DNA of 40,314 nucleotides from Gemmatimonadales bacterium (GTDB lineage: Bacteria; Gemmatimonadota; Gemmatimonadetes; Gemmatimonadales; GWC2-71-9). A program made the translations under genes and the position numbers. The stretch spans positions 1 to 40,314 of the forward strand of contig JBFHWR010000001.1 in assembly GCA_041599395.1 (NCBI GenBank), read 5' to 3'. Below the pieces are notes generated by a model. The model did no database searches. It saw only the letters and a program-made list of their open reading frames with translations, and was not told the DNA's origin. Shown here in pieces: positions 34,848 to 40,314 of this stretch (positions are counted from its first letter, which is position 1; the number at the start of each line of letters is the position of its first letter).

Positions 34848-36086
34848 TCAATACATCCGGGTGTGGCGCACTCCGGGAACTGCGCGGATCACCATCGCCT
34901 GCATCCAGGCGGTCTCGACTTCACACTGATTGTACTTCACCCCAAGATGCTTGCCGTCCAGCTTGTTTCGGCAGGTTCCGGCCGCGAGTTCCGCCGGCGT
35001 ACATGTCAGGCCGGTCACGACGATACCCTTCGCGTGCAAGTGCGCATCGTACACTTCAATCTGTTTGCCCGTCAGGATAACGCCCTTCCAGTCGAGCTTA
35101 CCGTCGAGCAGGAGGATGGGACCGTCCACCATCAAGAGTCCCCACCCCTTGATGTCGCTCGTAATCGTGAGCGTGTCGCGGATCAGGATCAGCGGCCAAA
35201 CGCGGCTGTCTTTCTTCCCCTTGGGGAACTGGCTCTTGAAGTCAATCGTTGCCAGATCGGGGTCGAGCGCCGAGACGGGAACTGTCCCGTTGATCACGGC
35301 ATTGCGCAGCTTGGCCCACGGGACATCGAGACTATCGACCAGTTCCTGGTAGTCGTCGTACGAGTCGTCGATCTCGTCAAAATCGTCCTCGCCCTTGATG
35401 TGCGCCTTGATGCGAATATCGTCCTCACCAAACGGCACGGCCATCGGCGGCACGCCGGAATCGCCGCACTTGCCCACCTTCCCGCCGTCGACGTGGAAGT
35501 GGTCGCTGTCCTCGACTACGTCGATCCCGTTAGGCGCGGCGAACGCACCCATGGGGTTGAACGGCGCCCTGAACCGGCCAAACGTGCGGACGGTGCGCTC
35601 GGCGTTGGGACGATTGCCCCGCTTATCCGGCACGACCGCGGCGGCCTCGAACAGCCATGTGTCTCCCCGCGTCGATTCCGTCACCTTGCGCGGCGTGACC
35701 ACGACGCTGATCGGACCATTGGTGAATGTCTTGGGCTCGAGCTCCGTGCCGAGTTGATCGACGATCGCATCAGGGTCGACGGCGTCGTCGTCGGCATCCG
35801 GGTCCACCGGCTCGCCGGGATCCTCCTCCGAGGTTATCTTCGAGGTCTCGATCTCGAATTCGTCGGCGACGCCCCACGTGGCCATGTACTCCGCCGTCGC
35901 CTGCTCAGCCGCGTACAGGCCGCGAGCCTCCATGTCGAAATTGTCGGCGATGACCCGGTCACTCGACGCGATGTAGTGGACCGTGAGTCCCGTTACGGCG
36001 ACGCTCGCCAACGCGACCACGACCCAGAACATGGCGATCCCCCGTTGATCCTTCCGCCATCTATGCCGCTGTTCCCACTCCCGCAT
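34848..36086 (-). CDS. PilX/GspK-like minor (pseudo)pilin, 412 aa
   Basis: N-terminus QRGIAMFWVVVALASVAVTGLTVHY...YAAEQATAEYM resembles the PilX N-terminal domain (no Glu at +5). GAGGGAG upstream of ATG 36086. Last gene of the pilin operon. Confidence 0.7.
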   Translation of the reverse strand: MREWEQRHRWRKDQRGIAMFWVVVALASVAVTGLTVHYIASSDRVIADNFDMEARGLYAAEQATAEYMATWGVADEFEIETSKITSEEDPGEPVDPDADDDAVDPDAIVDQLGTELEPKTFTNGPISVVVTPRKVTESTRGDTWLFEAAAVVPDKRGNRPNAERTVRTFGRFRAPFNPMGAFAAPNGIDVVEDSDHFHVDGGKVGKCGDSGVPPMAVPFGEDDIRIKAHIKGEDDFDEIDDSYDDYQELVDSLDVPWAKLRNAVINGTVPVSALDPDLATIDFKSQFPKGKKDSRVWPLILIRDTLTITSDIKGWGLLMVDGPILLLDGKLDWKGVILTGKQIEVYDAHLHAKGIVVTGLTCTPAELAAGTCRNKLDGKHLGVKYNQCEVETAWMQAMVIRAVPGVRHTRMY

Positions 36087-36122
36087 TGTTGTGCTCCCTC
36101 ACTCAGCTACGAGTGTTCAAAT

Positions 36123-37112
36123 TCACCGTGAGTTCTGCAATCGCACCCATGGATGCACGGCGAGCGTATCCACGCGCGCTCGTCGCTCATCCTCTAGCTT
36201 CGCCGGCAGTCGAAGCTGCACCGCACGGATGCGATCCAAGTCACCTGCCGGCACGCTGGCCACCTCGGCCCCGTTGTCCAGACGGTAGCGGAATCCGGCG
36301 CTCGCCCCAAAGGGCCACGCCAATTTCTGGGCGCCCTCTCCGGTTCCACGGTAAAGAATGACGCCGGGTCTCCCGCTCTCCGGTGCGTAGTAGTAGCTCA
36401 CGTAGTGATACGTATACAGCAACGCGCCGTCGCTGGGCATCGAGTCCACGAACGTGCTGATCTTGTCGAACTGGCCGTAGATGTTCTTTTCGACGAAGTT
36501 GCTGTCCGCGCCGCCGAGACACGCGCTGTACGCGGTGGTGTCGCTCGACTGCACGTCGTCCCAATTGGCAACGTCATATAGCTCCCAGGTGAGACCCCCG
36601 TACGACAGTCCAAACCCCTCTGGTGTCGGCGCACCCAGTGCCTGCGGGAGCGGCTCCATGTAGATCGCCGCCGTATCTTCGAATTCTGGCATCGGCGGCG
36701 GAGGGTCGCCTTTCTTTTCCTTTTTCTTCTTGTCCTTGCGCCACTTCTTCCACTTGTCCTTCTTCTTCTTCATCTTCTTTTCGTCTTGACGCTGGATGTC
36801 GCCGCACACGACCCCCCACGAAAGCGGCAGCCGAATCGTCAACGAGTCCGCACCCGCATGCGCTACCGCCCCTCGAGGAAGGTCACGCAACTCGGTCGCA
36901 ATAAAATTGCTCGCGGCGCGCATCTGCCCCAGCTGCATGGCGCCCGCCCGCATCCGATCGGAGAACCGGCTCTGCGACACGACCACGGTCACTACCGCTC
37001 CCACGATCAGCGTCGTGAGGCCCATGGCCATGATCAGCTCGAGCAACGTAAACCCGCGTTCACGGGCTTGGCGTCGCTGTCTGTGGCGGGCATCGTTCAT
37101 CAACGGCTTCAT
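36123..37112 (-). CDS. PilW/GspJ-like minor (pseudo)pilin with Lys-rich insertion, 329 aa
   Basis: Prepilin motif RERG|FTLLELIMAMGLTTLIVGAV (Glu+5). ATGA overlap with the upstream gene. Internal EKKMKKKKDKWKKWRKDKKKKEKKGDPPPP. Confidence 0.75.
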   Translation of the reverse strand: MKPLMNDARHRQRRQARERGFTLLELIMAMGLTTLIVGAVVTVVVSQSRFSDRMRAGAMQLGQMRAASNFIATELRDLPRGAVAHAGADSLTIRLPLSWGVVCGDIQRQDEKKMKKKKDKWKKWRKDKKKKEKKGDPPPPMPEFEDTAAIYMEPLPQALGAPTPEGFGLSYGGLTWELYDVANWDDVQSSDTTAYSACLGGADSNFVEKNIYGQFDKISTFVDSMPSDGALLYTYHYVSYYYAPESGRPGVILYRGTGEGAQKLAWPFGASAGFRYRLDNGAEVASVPAGDLDRIRAVQLRLPAKLEDERRARVDTLAVHPWVRLQNSR

Positions 37113-37522
37113 TTGTAATCGTCCCTCTGAATCGCAACAGTGAACCGCTGCAGCTCACGCCCTCGGGGATCCACCACCGAGACTGTGACGTCCTTGAGGT
37201 CATTTGCGTCGGTTCGCTCCTGGATACTCGTGACCACTTTCAACTGAAACCGCCCCGCATCGGCGTCTTTCTCGGTCGCGCCCGGCGATGCGTCGTCGTA
37301 TCCCTTGGCCATTATTTCGTCAATCGCTTCTCTGGCCATGACGGTGGCCACCGAAATCGCCTTGGAGCGACGCATCTCACGCGCCCCCATTGACGCCGTC
37401 GCCGCCATTCCAATCAGCACGGTGCCGAGCAGCGCCGTCGCAACCATGACTTCAATCAGTGTAAACCCACCGCGCCCCCTAAGGGTCGCGGCAATCGGAC
37501 GTTGCGGACGTTGCATCATCAT
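37109..37522 (-). CDS. PilV/GspI-like minor (pseudo)pilin, 137 aa
   Basis: Prepilin motif GRGG|FTLIEVMVATALLG (Glu+5). ATG 37522 overlaps the upstream stop (ATGA). The track ORF extension to 37633 overlaps the upstream gene. Confidence 0.75.
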   Translation of the reverse strand: MMMQRPQRPIAATLRGRGGFTLIEVMVATALLGTVLIGMAATASMGAREMRRSKAISVATVMAREAIDEIMAKGYDDASPGATEKDADAGRFQLKVVTSIQERTDANDLKDVTVSVVDPRGRELQRFTVAIQRDDYK

Positions 37523-38016
37523 TTGCTTACCCTCATTTCCGTCCTGCCCAACAGACCTATCTCTAAGAAATATTCCTTCTCGTGTGCGCGGACGTAGATA
37601 CGCGTCGGGACGCCGGACGAACAGTTCATGCACAGGCCCCGACGGCTGAAGACCAAGCTGTCGCCGTCGACGTCGAGATCGAGCCGTTCGAGCACGTAGT
37701 CGGATTTCGGACCGAAGGCTCGGCGGAACGCTACAGTTCCTGCGGTATCGCGCACAACGACGTCGCGCTTCGCTTCATCCACCGCCAATGTCATCTGCGA
37801 CCCCGCGCGAATTGCGTAGGTCCGCGCGACCTGCACCGACCAGGCCAGCGCCTGCGTGGCCTGCCGGGCACGCTGTTGCCGAGCGTAATCCCGCATGCCG
37901 ACGAATCCGATGCTCAGCAGAAGGCCGGTCACCGACATAACGACCACCAACTCGATCACGGTAAACCCCTGCGGGACCTTGCGGTGCTTCGGGTTCCTAA
38001 ACGACTTCATCGGCAT
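37519..38016 (-). CDS. FimT/GspH-like minor (pseudo)pilin, 165 aa
   Basis: Prepilin motif VPQG|FTVIELVVVMSVTGLLL (Glu+5). First gene after the -24/-12 promoter. Confidence 0.8.
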   Translation of the reverse strand: MPMKSFRNPKHRKVPQGFTVIELVVVMSVTGLLLSIGFVGMRDYARQQRARQATQALAWSVQVARTYAIRAGSQMTLAVDEAKRDVVVRDTAGTVAFRRAFGPKSDYVLERLDLDVDGDSLVFSRRGLCMNCSSGVPTRIYVRAHEKEYFLEIGLLGRTEMRVSK

Positions 38017-38078
38017 TTCATCTCCAAGCCAACTACATTATCGGCCACGATTCCTAATGCGTGACCGGCCAGAGAAGA

Positions 38079-38093
38079 GCAACCGCCGTGCCC
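38079..38093 (-). promoter_or_regulatory. Sigma54 (-24/-12) promoter of the minor-pilin operon
   Basis: The minus strand reads GGGCACG-GCGG-TTGC, versus consensus TGGCACG-N4-TTGC, with correct GG-to-GC spacing. It lies about 60 nt upstream of ATG 38016 and directly downstream of a sigma54 activator gene. Confidence 0.6.
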
Positions 38094-38323
38094 GGCGCCC
38101 TTGCCGTGATGGGGATCACGTCACATCGCTCTGGTACCGCCGCGTGACGGCTTTTCACCGTGGTGAGCGTTGCAAAGTGCCTGCATAGACGACGTTCTGC
38201 GGCGCCGGCGTCCCCGTTTTGCCTCCGCGATCGGGAATGCGCCGGTTACCCGCTTCCACGAAGTGGCTCAGTGCGAGGCGATTTGCATGAACAGTTCTGC
38301 ACATCGTGCACCGCGTTGCAGTC

Positions 38324-39676
38324 TCACGCCGCCAGGTGCTTGAGCTTGTAATACAACGTGCGCAAGCTCACACCGAGGATCCTGGCTGCTTCGACACGAT
38401 TTCCCGCAGTGGCGTCCAATGCGATCTCGATTGCGATCCGTTCTGCTTCGTCGAGGGCGGCTTTCAGGGTCCGTGGGCGCCGCTCCGAGAGCGTCCGTGT
38501 TCGCTCGCTTGGGCTCTGCAGGCGTCGCTCAGATCCGAATGCCTCGGCTCGTATGACGCCATCGGGTGAGAGCACCGCGACTCGTTCCAACGCATTCTCC
38601 AACTCGCGAACGTTGCCCGGCCACGACCGTTCTTTGATGGCTTCAAACGCTCCCGGCGCCAGGGTGAGCTTACGGCCCGCACGGGCCGACTCGCGCTCGA
38701 GCAGTCTCGCCACCAGGCCGTCGAGATCGCCCGGTCGCTCGCGGAGCGGCGTGACGTGGATGCGCACGACATTCAGACGGTAGAAGAGATCTTCGCGAAA
38801 GGCGTTGGAACTGACGGCTGATTCCAGATCGCGCGCCGTTGCGGAGATGAACCGAACATCGACTTTACGCACTCGGGCATCGCCGACGCGCCGGATTTCA
38901 CCTTCCTGCAAGACCCGCAACAACTTGACCTGCAACGGAAGGGGCAGATCGCCGATTTCATCGAGCAGGAGCGTGCCGCCTGCGGCGCTCTCGATCAGCC
39001 CGGTCTTGTTTGTCGTCGCGCCGGTGAACGCCCCCCGCACATGACCGAACAGTTCGGACTCCAGGAGGTTCTCCGGAATCGCGCCGCAATTGACGGCAAT
39101 GAACGGCGCAGCCCTCCTGGGACTCATGCGATGAATCGCTCGCGCAACGACCTCCTTGCCGGTGCCACTCTCGCCCGTGATCAGGACCGTCGTGTCGTGC
39201 GGCGCCACCAGCGTCGCGAGTTCCATCACCTTGCGCATAGACGGAGAGTCCGCGACGATATCCAGTTCCTTCGCGCGCGTGAGCTCGGCCTCGAGGCTGG
39301 CGACGCGGCCCTTGAGGAGTTCCCGCTCTTCGGCCTTGCGGAGCGTTAACAGGACCTCGTCCCGTCGAAACGGCTTTGGCAAGTAGTCGTAGGCCCCTTC
39401 TTGCATCGCCTCGAGCGCCGCGTCTTCACCACCGTAGGCGCTCATCATGATGACGAGGGCGCTCCCCCCGCGCCGCGCATATTCGCGTAGAAATTCCAGC
39501 CCGTTCAGGTCCGGCATGCGAACATCGCACAACACGATGTCGAACGTGTCGGCCAGCGCCCGCTCCAAACCGTTCTTCGGGTTGCCTTCCGTAACGACCT
39601 CATGGCCTCCGTCCTGAAGAATGAGGCTCAGCGAATCACGCAGCCCCAGGTCATCGTCCACGACCAGAATCTTCAT
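38324..39676 (-). CDS. NtrC-family sigma54-dependent response regulator (PilR/AtoC-like)
   Basis: Canonical receiver (VVDDD...IVLCDVRMPD...YLPKPF). AAA+ module with GESGTGKE and ESELFGHVRGAFTGA. HTH AARILGVSLRTLYYKLK. ATGA overlap with the kinase gene. Confidence 0.9.
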   Translation of the reverse strand: MKILVVDDDLGLRDSLSLILQDGGHEVVTEGNPKNGLERALADTFDIVLCDVRMPDLNGLEFLREYARRGGSALVIMMSAYGGEDAALEAMQEGAYDYLPKPFRRDEVLLTLRKAEERELLKGRVASLEAELTRAKELDIVADSPSMRKVMELATLVAPHDTTVLITGESGTGKEVVARAIHRMSPRRAAPFIAVNCGAIPENLLESELFGHVRGAFTGATTNKTGLIESAAGGTLLLDEIGDLPLPLQVKLLRVLQEGEIRRVGDARVRKVDVRFISATARDLESAVSSNAFREDLFYRLNVVRIHVTPLRERPGDLDGLVARLLERESARAGRKLTLAPGAFEAIKERSWPGNVRELENALERVAVLSPDGVIRAEAFGSERRLQSPSERTRTLSERRPRTLKAALDEAERIAIEIALDATAGNRVEAARILGVSLRTLYYKLKHLAA

Positions 39677-40314
39677 GCCGCCTCCGGCAAAAAAATCTTG
39701 AACGCCGCACCACCTTCGCGGGCTTCATCAACCCACACGACTCCACCAAGCTCGTCTACGGTGCTTTGCACGATGGCGAGACCCAGGCCCGTTCCCTTCC
39801 CAGGTTCTTTTGTCGTGACAAACGGATCGAAGATGCGCTCACGCTCCGATTCGGGGACTCCGTCGCCCGAGTCCGCTACCCACAGCATGACACCCTCCGT
39901 CCCGTCGGCGACTTCCGGACGCCACGGCCGACGCCCGAGGTGCAGTTTCGGACCAATAAAGCGACGGGTGTCCGTCCGCCGTCCATCCGCACCCGGTCGC
40001 GTGCGATACCGTTGCCGTGACGCGCCAACCAATATCGAACCGTCGGGCGCTGCATCAGTCGCGTTCAGTATCAGATTGACCATGACCTGCTCAAGCGCAT
40101 GCACCTTGCCGCGAATCAACGGAAGCGCCGACTCCACCTCGACGCGAAGATCCATCTGCTTCAATGCACCCTGGCCGGTGAGGAGATCCACCACCTTGCG
40201 CAGGAGTCGCCCAACGTCGATGTCTTCAACGCCCCCCGATTCCGGACGGGCATATTCCAACAACCCTCGCACGATTTGATCGATGCGCTTCGTTTCTCGA
40301 TTCAACGCCGCAAC
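39673..40314 (-). CDS. Sensor histidine kinase, N-terminus beyond window edge
   Basis: The frame stays open to base 40314 (the track M at 40305 is a TTG codon). HATPase_c motifs are present: NLILNATDA (N box), DSGDGV (G1), GTGLGLAIV (G2). Confidence 0.85.
   Translation of the reverse strand, partial: VAALNRETKRIDQIVRGLLEYARPESGGVEDIDVGRLLRKVVDLLTGQGALKQMDLRVEVESALPLIRGKVHALEQVMVNLILNATDAAPDGSILVGASRQRYRTRPGADGRRTDTRRFIGPKLHLGRRPWRPEVADGTEGVMLWVADSGDGVPESERERIFDPFVTTKEPGKGTGLGLAIVQSTVDELGGVVWVDEAREGGAAFKIFLPEAA

Noticed and set aside
34863-36131. 422-aa plus-strand ORF antisense to the PilX-like gene. Similar antisense ORFs occur at 16339..17256, 25348..26142, 19108..19827 and 20117..20938.
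   Set aside because: These are the same GC-rich antisense artefact. Each overlaps a gene with unambiguous family motifs on the other strand.
38171-38185. GGCACTTTGCA (minus strand) as a second sigma54 promoter
   Set aside because: The GG-to-GC distance is 8 nt instead of 12, so it cannot be a -24/-12 element. It is retained only as a possible activator-binding palindrome.
39900-40020. Arg-rich ~25-aa extra segment between the N box and G1 box of the histidine kinase
   Set aside because: NtrB/PilS-type kinases already carry a long segment here. The excess is modest and could be ordinary lineage variation.

Overview
Visibly GC-rich bacterial chromosomal segment (GC not computed). I found no rRNA, tRNA, CRISPR array or IS/transposase. 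About 34 protein genes are supportable.

Left part (1-14 kb):
- Secreted and lipoprotein genes of unknown function, and an M24 peptidase.
- A three-gene c-di-GMP operon: an Fe-S / degenerate hydrogenase-like GGDEF cyclase, an unknown 238-aa protein, and a membrane HD-GYP phosphodiesterase.
- copC-copD, htpX, and a 916-aa M16 peptidase.

Middle (14-28.6 kb):
- Two orphan genes (a Cys-rich 65-aa protein and a 305-aa hypothetical) downstream of a sigma54 activator with a non-phosphorylatable receiver.
- A housekeeping block: mog, gcvT, argF, hslU, hslV, xerC, trmFO, topA, aroK, aroC.

Right part (28.8-40.3 kb), all on the minus strand:
- Histidine kinase, NtrC-type response regulator, and a near-consensus -24/-12 promoter.
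- Four prepilin-type minor (pseudo)pilin genes, then an intrinsic terminator.
- An AMIN-domain PilQ-type secretin, a 1289-aa lipoprotein (seven Ig-like repeats plus a beta-propeller-like C-terminus), then a second terminator.
- No major pilin, ATPase, platform or PilMNOP genes are present. I rate this the most likely candidate for an undescribed system.

The second notable signal is non-genic. At least nine intergenic regions carry strand-asymmetric, period-7 degenerate tandem repeats (RGGTGKT / GGATGTT / GGCGATY units). Most abut stop codons, and one pair forms a 24-bp hairpin. All functional calls rest on motifs read by eye; no database search was possible.
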